The notes beneath the pieces were generated by a model. That model did not search any database. It worked only from the letters and a program-made list of their open reading frames with translations, and was not told the DNA's origin. Positions 39,512 through 53,540 of a stretch of 64,000 bases of DNA are shown here, piece by piece (within the stretch, counting starts at the first letter, position 1; each line of letters opens with the position of its first letter). This DNA comes from an uncultured delta proteobacterium (GTDB lineage Bacteria; Myxococcota_A; Polyangia; Polyangiales; Polyangiaceae). Both the position numbers and the translations under genes were made by a program. The stretch lies in contig CAWJCS010000005.1 of the NCBI GenBank assembly GCA_963841435.1, positions 1,536,001-1,600,000 of the forward strand, read 5' to 3'.

Positions 39512-41020
39512 TCAGTGTGACGCGCCGAGATAGCGGCGCCGGACGTGCCGCTCGAAGGCTTCGGTGCCGAGCGGACGACCGGTGGCGCTCTCGACGAGCG
39601 CGCCCGTTTCGAGGTGCGACCCTTCGCTCCACAGCTTTTCGTCGAGGAACGCGTCGAGCGCGGCCAGTTCACCCCCGGCGATGCGTTCGCGCAGGTCGGG
39701 CACTCTGGCCTCGGCCGCCTCGAAGAGCTGCGCTGCCGTGAGCGCGCCGAGCGTGTACGTCGGGAAGTAGCCCACGAGCCCCGCGGGCCAGTGCACGTCC
39801 TGCAGGCAACCGTCGCGGTCGTTGCCCTTCGTCTCGAGGCCGAGCAAGCGCTGCATGCCGGCGTCCCAGACTTCTGGCACGTCGGCAACGTCGAGCTTTC
39901 CCCGGATCAGCGCCTGCTCGATCTCGAAGCGCAGCACCACGTGGCAGGGGTACGTCACCTCGTCGGCATCGACACGAATGAAGCTGCGCCGTACCCGCGT
40001 CTGCAGACGCGCGAGGTTCTCCGGCGTGAACGCTCCCGGCGTGCGCTCCGCGGACGCCGGAAAGGCGGCGCGCAGAAACGGCGCCACGAAGCGCGCGAAC
40101 TCGGGGCTACGGCACACCTGCATCTCGAGCAGGAGGCTCTGGCTCTCGTGAATGCTCATGCTGCGCGCGCGACCGACCGGTTGCCCGAGAAACGCACGCG
40201 GCAGGTGTTGCTCGTACTTCGCATGCCCCGTCTCGTGGAGGACACCCATCAGCGCCTTCGCGAAGTCGTCCTGATCGTAGCGCGTCGTGATGCGAACGTC
40301 GTCGGGCACGCCACCGCAAAACGGGTGGTGACTCGCATCGAGCCGTCCCCGCGTGAAATCGAAGCCGACGCGGCGCATGAGATCCTCGCCGAGCGCGCGC
40401 TGCTGGGAGACGGAGAAGGGCCCCTCGGGCGTGACCACCGACTCGGAGCGCTGCTTTTCGACGATGCGTTCGATGAAGTCGGGCAGCACGTCACCGAGGC
40501 GCTGGAACAGCGGCGCGATCGCGGCGCTCCTTGCGCCGGGCTCGTAGCTATCGAGCAGGGCATCGTAGGGCTCCAGGCCGAGCTTCTCGGCGAGCGCCTG
40601 GGCCGTCTCGCGCTTCTTCGCAAACACCTCCTCGAGCAGCGGCTGGAATCCCGCCCAGTCGTTGGCGGCGCGCAGCTTGCGCCAGGCCTGCTCGCTGCGG
40701 CTTTCCGCACGTGATGCGGCCTCCACGAGCGCTTGCGGCAACGCCGTGGCGCGCACGAACGCTCGCTTCATCTCGCGCAGGTTGGCGGCCTGCCAGGTGT
40801 CGAGCTCGCCGGCACGAGCCTCGGCGTTCGCGAGCCAGTCGCCGATCCGCCCGTCGGTCGCAAGCTCGTGGATCAAACCGCGCAGCGTCGCGAGCGCCTC
40901 ACCGCGAGAGCCAGCTCCACCCTCGGACATCATCGCGGCTTCGTCCCACGCGCTGATCGCTTCCACGTGCTCGAGCTGAGCCAAACGATGGTGGTGCTTT
41001 TCGAGCGCTGCGTAGGACAT
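39512..41020 (-). CDS. Carboxypeptidase M32 (Taq family)
   Basis: HPFC, VRITTRY, HETGH (HExxH), HESQS, IRVDADE.TY, GCLQDVHW and GYFPTY.LG. Confidence 0.97.
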   Translation of the reverse strand: MSYAALEKHHHRLAQLEHVEAISAWDEAAMMSEGGAGSRGEALATLRGLIHELATDGRIGDWLANAEARAGELDTWQAANLREMKRAFVRATALPQALVEAASRAESRSEQAWRKLRAANDWAGFQPLLEEVFAKKRETAQALAEKLGLEPYDALLDSYEPGARSAAIAPLFQRLGDVLPDFIERIVEKQRSESVVTPEGPFSVSQQRALGEDLMRRVGFDFTRGRLDASHHPFCGGVPDDVRITTRYDQDDFAKALMGVLHETGHAKYEQHLPRAFLGQPVGRARSMSIHESQSLLLEMQVCRSPEFARFVAPFLRAAFPASAERTPGAFTPENLARLQTRVRRSFIRVDADEVTYPCHVVLRFEIEQALIRGKLDVADVPEVWDAGMQRLLGLETKGNDRDGCLQDVHWPAGLVGYFPTYTLGALTAAQLFEAAEARVPDLRERIAGGELAALDAFLDEKLWSEGSHLETGALVESATGRPLGTEAFERHVRRRYLGASH

Positions 41021-41068
41021 CACACCGATTGTGGCCTCGACTTGGGCCGCCTTGGAAGGCAAGATCTC
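41021..41068 (-). promoter_or_regulatory. Conserved promoter/operator element, copy 1 (GAGATCTTGCCTTCCAAG-N9-GTCGAGG-N-CACAAT-N7-ATG)
   Basis: 18-bp exact match (41051-41068) to 52005-52022, at the same distance from the downstream start. Confidence 0.6.
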
Positions 41069-41126
41069 CGTCCGCGCGAGCGGCAACACCGCGAGCGGCA
41101 GAGGACGGCTGCCCCTCGATGGGGCC

Positions 41127-43775
<2,649 letters not shown>

Positions 43776-43815
43776 GACGATTCTTCCCCGCGCCGCGTTC
43801 GCGTCGCGTTCGGCC

Positions 43816-43843
43816 AAGTTAAGTCGGCGCTCGGGCGCTGCAA
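43816..43843 (-). promoter_or_regulatory. Putative proximal clpB promoter (TTGCAG-N16-TAACTT; the CTTG core could also suit a heat-shock sigma factor)
   Basis: Read on the minus strand about 40 nt upstream of the clpB ATG. Confidence 0.45.
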
Positions 43844-43899
43844 GGGTTCGCGCCGGGTCGCCCGGAACCCGCGGCGAGAGGCCGTGGCCCGCAGGGCGA

Positions 43900-43986
43900 T
43901 TTCGGGGGCGGTCGGCGGCCCGCCCACCCGGGGCTCCGAAAGAAAGCGCAACAGGCCGGCGATCCCGGCGGGCGCAATAGCCCCCC
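43900..43986 (-). ncRNA. Candidate sigma54-dependent structured small RNA (or long structured clpB leader)
   Basis: Begins at the predicted +1 of the sigma54 promoter. 5' GGGGCU pairs with AGCCCC and encloses GCGC/GCGC and GCCGG/CCGGC stems, followed by a GGGCGG/CCGCCC hairpin. No credible ORF. Confidence 0.4.
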
Positions 43987-43994
43987 TACATGGC

Positions 43995-44010
43995 AGCACG
44001 AAGCGTACCA
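43995..44010 (-). promoter_or_regulatory. Sigma54 (-24/-12) promoter
   Basis: Minus strand TGGTACG-CTTC-GTGCT, with exact GG-N10-GC spacing. Confidence 0.65.
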
Positions 44011-44063
44011 CCCGAGATTCGACGAGAATCTGACGGGCCGCAGCAAAAACCCCCGCCGGCGCG

Positions 44064-44107
44064 GCGCAAATTGCGCAGAGGATCGGCGCAGGCTGCGCAA
44101 AATGCGC
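44064..44107. promoter_or_regulatory. Three palindromic GCGCA-N3-TGCGC sites: putative enhancer (UAS) for a sigma54 activator
   Basis: Sites at 44064-44076, 44086-44098 and 44095-44107; centres 22 and 31 bp from the first, about -86 to -117 from the predicted +1. Confidence 0.6.
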
Positions 44108-44155
44108 CCCACGGGCCGCGCGCTTCCGCTGGCAGGGGCTGGGCGTCTCCGCGCG

Positions 44156-45625
<1,470 letters not shown>

Positions 45626-45717
45626 GGCGACCGCAGTATAGCCCGTTGCCAAGCTGCTTCGAAGCGGCGCGAGCGTTTCCGCGTCGGCTTTTGCCGGCGC
45701 GCTGCAAAAAGGGGCGC

Positions 45718-46209
45718 CTACTCGAGCACGGTGCGAAGGTGGCGGCTCGCGCGAAAGTTCGCCGCGCCGGCCCCGCCGTCAGCAAGGCTCAGGCGCAACC
45801 GGCGCGGCTCCGGCGCGCGCGACCCGTCGAGCGTGACGCGCACGAAGCGCGCCCCAGCGGGCGCCTCGAGTCCCGGCGCGCCGTCCGACCGCGCCAAAGC
45901 GGGCCCCGCGTTCAGTACCGGAAACGCAGCAACGGCGCGGGGCCCGTCGAGCGTGACCCGGATGGGCCGGGCGATGCCGCCACCGCCCACGACGGCACGA
46001 CGCCCGTCGTCGAGTGAGGCAAGGATGCGCCGCTCTGAAGATTGCGACGAGCTCGCCGTCGTCAAGGATTGCCGCCAGACACGGGGCGCAGCGGCAGGCG
46101 CGCCGTCGAGCGAGGTGCGAAGCGTGGGCTCGGGCGCGGACGCGAACGCAACCGAAGCCGTCGCGACGATGCCCACCAGCGACAGCCACGGGAAACGAAG
46201 CATGACCAT
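45718..46209 (-). CDS. Secreted hypothetical protein with about 7 copies of an R-x-[LIVW]-R-x-[ST]-L-[DE]-like motif
   Basis: Signal peptide (AFA-S); repeats LRTSLDG, WRQSL, ILASLDDG, IRVTLDG, VRVTLDG, LRLSLADG and LRTVLE. Confidence 0.65.
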   Translation of the reverse strand: MVMLRFPWLSLVGIVATASVAFASAPEPTLRTSLDGAPAAAPRVWRQSLTTASSSQSSERRILASLDDGRRAVVGGGGIARPIRVTLDGPRAVAAFPVLNAGPALARSDGAPGLEAPAGARFVRVTLDGSRAPEPRRLRLSLADGGAGAANFRASRHLRTVLE

Positions 46210-46236
46210 GAAGGCATAAGCCCGAGACCGCGTTCC

Positions 46237-46252
46237 TGCAAGCCTCGCGCCT
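46237..46252 (-). promoter_or_regulatory. Putative sigma54 promoter of the repeat-protein gene
   Basis: Minus strand AGGCGCG-AGGC-TTGCA (GG-N10-GC), about 28 nt upstream of ATG 46209. Confidence 0.55.
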
Positions 46253-46280
46253 TCACCCGAGAGCGCGAGCGCGCCCAGCC

Positions 46281-47573
46281 TCAGGGGCAGGTCCCGTCGA
46301 GCGAGGGCGAAAGGTCGTTGATCTGACCCTGGTAGTTCGAGGGGGTCGGGTTGATGAGCACGCCGGCCACGCCGTCTGCAATCCGCTGGTTCAAAACGTC
46401 GGCCGAGGCGCTCGACCAGGTGTTCGCCTGCGTCGACACACCGAAGCTCGTATCGACGAGGATGGGCTTGCCAGTGAGCTCGTGGAGGTAGCGGTACGTT
46501 CCGTCCTCGCGGCCCGCGGCGTCACCGTCGTTGAGGTAGCCGCCGGGCACGTTCGCCATGCCGGTCGTGTGCACGAACTCGACGGCGTCGAGCGGCATCG
46601 CACCCCAGTAACCCGTGAGCACCGAGCCACGGATCCAGCTCGAGTGATTGAGTGCGATGAGCGCGTTCGGCATGGCCTCACGCACGGTGCAGACGATGTC
46701 GCTGGCGAGGTCGCCGAGCTCTTGCATCGTCAGCGGGTTGGCCTGCTCGTCGTAGGTGTACTGGATGAAGTCCGGATCGATGATCCAGATGACGGGCTTG
46801 CTCGGGAAGGCGGTATGCGAGCGCTCCGCGTAGCTCTGATAGATCGAGAGAATGCGGGCGCGGTTCGCGCGGATCCACTGCGCGCCCTCGTTGCACAGAT
46901 TGTGACCGTCGAAGTCGGTGTTGCAGTCGCCGAGCCCACCTTCGATGTTCGCGCGATACGCGATGAAGTACGCGATGTAGACGGGCACCGTGCTCGTGCC
47001 CGAGAAGGTCTGGCTCAGCCAGGAGCAACCATCACAGGCGCTATCCAGGTTGGTCTCGTAGCCGACCCATTTCGTGGCAAAATCGAGGTAGCTCGGGATC
47101 TGCGCGTTCGGGTTCGCTCCCCAGGCGAAAGCGCAGTCGAAGGGGCTCGGGTGCAGCGAAGAGGAGCCGCACACTGCGGGGCGGCTCCCACTGCCCGAGG
47201 TGCCCCCGGTGCTCGCCGCCGAGCCGCCGGTGCCCGACGTGCCGCCGCCCGAGCCCGCCGTACCGGTGCCGCCCCGACCACCCGAACCGCTCTGCCCGCC
47301 TTTTCCCGCCACGGACCCACCCGCGCCGCCCGACACGGAGCCACCGCTCCCGGCGCTACCGCCCGCGCCCGCCTGGCCCTTGCCACCCGCGGCGGCCCCC
47401 GCAACCGACCCGGCGCTTCCTCCCACGACCTCACCGCCAGCTCCAGTTCCAGCCCCTGACCCGCCGGCCCCACCGTCGCCCTCGGAAGAGCACGCCCACG
47501 GTGCACCCACGAGGAGCACGGCAAGGGTGGCCAAGGGACGAGCCGATAACCGAAAAGCCCAGCGCCGCTGCAT
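46281..47573 (-). CDS. Lipoprotein with long Gly/Ser linker and putative glycoside-hydrolase-like barrel
   Basis: Signal ending ...PWAC; GGS linker; WIIDPDFIQY and LHELTGKPILVDTSFG, resembling the 37897-39408 product. Confidence 0.7.
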   Translation of the reverse strand: MQRRWAFRLSARPLATLAVLLVGAPWACSSEGDGGAGGSGAGTGAGGEVVGGSAGSVAGAAAGGKGQAGAGGSAGSGGSVSGGAGGSVAGKGGQSGSGGRGGTGTAGSGGGTSGTGGSAASTGGTSGSGSRPAVCGSSSLHPSPFDCAFAWGANPNAQIPSYLDFATKWVGYETNLDSACDGCSWLSQTFSGTSTVPVYIAYFIAYRANIEGGLGDCNTDFDGHNLCNEGAQWIRANRARILSIYQSYAERSHTAFPSKPVIWIIDPDFIQYTYDEQANPLTMQELGDLASDIVCTVREAMPNALIALNHSSWIRGSVLTGYWGAMPLDAVEFVHTTGMANVPGGYLNDGDAAGREDGTYRYLHELTGKPILVDTSFGVSTQANTWSSASADVLNQRIADGVAGVLINPTPSNYQGQINDLSPSLDGTCP

Positions 47574-47654
47574 AGAGCAGAAACGCTAACTCAGCAGGCG
47601 CTCCCGTTCCACCCGAGGGCTGCTTTCTGCGTGATCGGTCCCCCCCCAGCCGGC

Positions 47655-47999
47655 TCAGGCCCTGAGTCGGCGGCGTGAGCGGGGCACGTGCTCGAGCAAG
47701 GCCGTCACCTCGTCCCAGCGCTCTGGATTCTTCATGAGCGCGCTAAGCAAGCCTGGGGGCAAGTGCCCCGCCGCGGCCATCCAGCGATACGTGTCCACTC
47801 CGTGCACGTCCAGGTGGTGCGCAATCTCGCGCAGCCTGCCGACGCCAACCCCCTTGCACAGTCCAGATTCCAGCATGCCCACGTAGCTTCCCGACCTAAC
47901 ACCGAGTCGCCTTGCCAGATCCTTTTGAGTGAGCCCCGTGCTCATGCGGGCGTCACGTATCAAACGACCGATCTTCTTCGTGGTTCTCCGAACTGCCAT
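47655..47999 (-). CDS. XRE/Cro-family helix-turn-helix transcriptional regulator
   Basis: IGRLIRDAR...GLTQKDLARRLGV..SYVGMLESG; codon usage visibly less GC3-biased than neighbouring genes. Confidence 0.85.
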   Translation of the reverse strand: MAVRRTTKKIGRLIRDARMSTGLTQKDLARRLGVRSGSYVGMLESGLCKGVGVGRLREIAHHLDVHGVDTYRWMAAAGHLPPGLLSALMKNPERWDEVTALLEHVPRSRRRLRA

Positions 48000-48208
48000 G
48001 GATGCCCTATAGCGAGCCAGGAGAGAGCGAACGCTCACCTCGCTAGCCCCTCCTTCCAACCTCGAAATATTTTTGAGACCGAAGGCGACGGCCCGGCCGC
48101 ACACCGCGGCGCTCGAGACCCTCGCTTTCGACGGGGGCAGCCTAGATCCGTTCGCGCCCCGAACGCCAGTCGATTGCGCGGACGAACCCAAGAATCTGGC
48201 TATCTAGC

Positions 48209-48229
48209 CGTTGCAGTCTGATTGCAACC
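48209..48229 (-). terminator. Hairpin downstream of gyrB (GTTGCA-N7-TGCAAC)
   Basis: Inverted repeat about 17-37 nt after the gyrB stop; no clear U tract. Confidence 0.35.
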
Positions 48230-48245
48230 GTCGGTGCTCGCGGGA

Positions 48246-50813
<2,568 letters not shown>

Positions 50814-51974
50814 TTATTTCGCTGGTTTGTACTGACTCTTCTGAGGCTCGTCAGCGCCCGGCGGCGCGGCCGCCACGGCGCCGCCAATCAGCCTGAAATC
50901 CGAGCGCTCCGAGGGCCCGAAAGAGCCCGTCGGAACGAGGTCGAGGCGCGTCGTCGTGACGAAGATCTGACCCCTATTCTGAGCGACGAGCTCGATGACG
51001 GCAAGAGTGCGCTCCTGGTCGAGCTCGCTCGAGACATCGTCGAGCAGGAGCACCGGATCGGCGCCCCGCGCGGCGCGAATGCACTCGAGCTCGGCGAGCT
51101 TGAGCGCGAGGGCGAAAAGTCTCTGCTGGCCCTGAGACCCGTGCGTGCGCGCCGGGCGCCCGAGCAAAGTGATCTCGAGCTCGTCGCGTTGCGGGCCAAA
51201 GCTCGCTGCGCCGCGCCGCATGTCGGCGGGGCGTGCCTCGGCGAGGCGCCGCGCGAAAAGCGCAGGGTCGTCTACGCCGCCCGCTTGGTAGCGCGAAGCG
51301 CCGAGCGTGCCTCGAGCAGCCACGCGCTCGAACGTACGCCCGAGCTCCGCGAGCACGCGTTCGGCGGCGCGCGCGCGTGCCTGCGAGAACCGGGAGCCCT
51401 CGGTGGCCATCACGGCTTCGAATGCGTCCAGATCGGGGCTTCGCACGCCTCGCTCGGCGAGCACGCGCTGGCGCGAGCGTAACGCGCGATCGTAGCGGGC
51501 GCGGGACTCGGCGCCCGGCGGGTCCACGAACAACATCACGCGGTCGAGGAGCCGCCTCCTTCCGCTCGCGCTCCCTCCCACGAGGGTGAGGTCGCCGGGG
51601 CAGAAGGCGACCACCGGGGTGCGCGTCGCATAGGCGGAGAGCGTCGAGGGCGCCTTGCCATCGACGCGAGCGCTGCGCGAGCGCCCCGTGAGCACGAGTC
51701 GCTGCTCGCGCGGCACGCCCCCCTCGACCACGCAGACAACGCTACTCCCGCCCTCGGCGCCTTCCTGAATCACCGTGGCGAGGCGGTCGGCACGAAAGCT
51801 CTTCGTCGTCGCGGCAAGGTAGATGGCCTCGAGCACGCTGGTCTTGCCGTGCCCATTGTCGCCGACGATGACGTTGAGTCGCGGCGAGAGCCGAAGGTCG
51901 AGCGCTTGGATGTTCCTGAGACGCCTGACGGCTAGCGTCTCGACGTGGAGCTGACTCGTTCCTTCGTCGGCGAT
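50814..51974 (-). CDS. recF: DNA replication and repair protein RecF (start uncertain: ATC 51974 or TTG 52016)
   Basis: RN....L, G.NG.GKT..LEAI, RRR.LD, GPQRDE, GSQGQQR and LLLDDV.SELD; lies between dnaN and gyrB. Confidence 0.95.
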   Translation of the reverse strand: MADEGTSQLHVETLAVRRLRNIQALDLRLSPRLNVIVGDNGHGKTSVLEAIYLAATTKSFRADRLATVIQEGAEGGSSVVCVVEGGVPREQRLVLTGRSRSARVDGKAPSTLSAYATRTPVVAFCPGDLTLVGGSASGRRRLLDRVMLFVDPPGAESRARYDRALRSRQRVLAERGVRSPDLDAFEAVMATEGSRFSQARARAAERVLAELGRTFERVAARGTLGASRYQAGGVDDPALFARRLAEARPADMRRGAASFGPQRDELEITLLGRPARTHGSQGQQRLFALALKLAELECIRAARGADPVLLLDDVSSELDQERTLAVIELVAQNRGQIFVTTTRLDLVPTGSFGPSERSDFRLIGGAVAAAPPGADEPQKSQYKPAK

Positions 51975-52022
51975 GAAGGGAACCCTAACCTCGACGCAGG
52001 CAGTCTTGGAAGGCAAGATCTC
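51975..52022 (-). promoter_or_regulatory. Conserved promoter/operator element, copy 2 (GAGATCTTGCCTTCCAAG-N9-GTCGAGG-N-TAGGGT-N7-ATC)
   Basis: Exact 18-bp match and identical spacing to the copy at 41021-41068. Confidence 0.6.
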
Positions 52023-52059
52023 GCACGCGCGGCCTTTCCGCCAGATCGACGCGAGCCGC

Positions 52060-53202
52060 TCAGATGCGCATTGGCATGATCACGGCGAGGTAGTTCTCGG
52101 CGCCGGTCGTCTCCGCGGGCCGAATCACCGCCGGATCGAGCTCACCGCCGAGCGAGAGCTCAACGTCGTCGGTGCTGATCGCACGCAGGACGTCGAGGAA
52201 GTAGCGGGCATTGAAGCCGACGGTGAGGTCCGGACCATCGTAGTCCACGGCGAGCTCGTCGAAGCCTTCGCCGCTCTCGGGGCTCTCGCTTTCGAAACGA
52301 AGCTTGCCCTTCGAGAGCGATAGTTTCACGCCACCGGTACGATCGCTCGCGGCAACCGAAACGGCGTTGAGCGCTTCCGCCGTCGCAGCACGCGGGACCC
52401 TCACGCGATTGGCGTGCTGATCGGGAATGACCTGCTGGTACGGCGGGAACTGCGCGTCCACGAGCTTGACGCTGAACTTCAGACCCGGCAGCTCGAAGAA
52501 CGCGTTGGGGCCGCTCTGCAGGAGCGCGATCTCCGCTTCGCCGTCGGCGTCCTTCTTGCTCGCGACCTCGTCGCACAACCGGCGTAGCTCGTTCACGCCC
52601 TTGAGCGGGATCAGCATCGTGCTCGAGGCGTGTCGCCCGGGCACCGTGGCTTCCATCTTCGAGAGGCGATGGCCATCGGTGGTCACCATGCGAACGCGAT
52701 CGCCGTCCCACTCGAAGAGTGCGCTGCTGAGGTGCGGTCGCGTCTCGTCGCTCGAGATCGAAAAATGCGTTGCCGCGATCAGCGACGCGAGCGTCGCGGC
52801 GCCGAGCGTCGAGGACTTCGCGTCGGCGGCCGGCTCCGGCAAGCTCGGAAACTCTTCGCCCGGAATGCCTTGCAGCGTGAAGCGCCGGGGCGAGCCGACG
52901 GCACGCAACGTGGTCGCCGAATTGCCGGCCGTCGCGATACCGATCTCACCGTCGGGCATGTTGCGCACGCGCTCGACGAGATCGCGCGCGCCCACCGCAA
53001 CGCTGCCGCCCTGTTCCACGCGCGCCGGGATCTTGCCGCGCACAGCGAGGATCAAATCCGTCGCGGCGAGGCGCAGCTCGTTCGGGCCACCGACCTCGAG
53101 CAGAACGTTGCCGAGCACGGGCATGGTGCTCTTTTTGTCCGCCACGCCCTGGCAGCGATCGAGCACGGGGAGCAGATCCTTTTTGCTGACAATGACGTGC
53201 AT
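52060..53202 (-). CDS. dnaN: DNA polymerase III beta subunit (sliding clamp)
   Basis: TMPVLGNVLL, ATDL, ETRP.L, TDGHRL, QFPPYQQVIP, GFNARY.LDVL and VIMPMRI. Confidence 0.98.
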   Translation of the reverse strand: MHVIVSKKDLLPVLDRCQGVADKKSTMPVLGNVLLEVGGPNELRLAATDLILAVRGKIPARVEQGGSVAVGARDLVERVRNMPDGEIGIATAGNSATTLRAVGSPRRFTLQGIPGEEFPSLPEPAADAKSSTLGAATLASLIAATHFSISSDETRPHLSSALFEWDGDRVRMVTTDGHRLSKMEATVPGRHASSTMLIPLKGVNELRRLCDEVASKKDADGEAEIALLQSGPNAFFELPGLKFSVKLVDAQFPPYQQVIPDQHANRVRVPRAATAEALNAVSVAASDRTGGVKLSLSKGKLRFESESPESGEGFDELAVDYDGPDLTVGFNARYFLDVLRAISTDDVELSLGGELDPAVIRPAETTGAENYLAVIMPMRI

Positions 53203-53309
53203 CGGGCGGACGGTGTACCCGGGTGGCCCGGCCGGCGCCAGAGTCTCGAAGCACGCTGCTCTGAATCTGTCGTGGTCCTGACCCGACGCTGGCACCTTCC
53301 GGTCAACTC

Positions 53310-53540
53310 TGAGGAATATTTAAGAAGAACCAGTCGTCGTTAGTAGGCCCTGTGGGGGCTGGGGATTTTTCCGTAAACCTTCGGAATGTTGAGGTGTTTC
53401 ACGGTGTAGGCTAGGGAGAACGCACGGGGTTGGGTACCGCGCTGGCTGTGGGCGAAACGACTCGGTCGCGCTCGTCCACGGGGGTGCACCCCGTCCGTCC
53501 CTAGGGATCTCCAGACCTTATCCAGAGGGTGTGGACGAGG
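53310..53540. other. Putative chromosomal replication origin (oriC)
   Basis: Lower-GC intergenic region. The minus strand reads AAATCCCCA-GCCCCCACA-GGGCC-TACTAACGACGACTGGTTCTTCTTAAATATT. Further DnaA-box-like 9-mers at 53447, 53472, 53518 (TTATCCAGA) and 53530 (TGTGGACGA). Directly upstream of dnaN. Confidence 0.7.

Noticed and set aside
43776-43900. CIRCE/HrcA operator upstream of clpB
   Set aside because: No TTAGCACTC-N9-GAGTGCTAA-like inverted repeat is present.
53390-53410. Possible parS site (TGTTTCACGGTGTAG) near the putative origin
   Set aside because: Only one half-site matches the TGTTTCACGTGAAACA palindrome.
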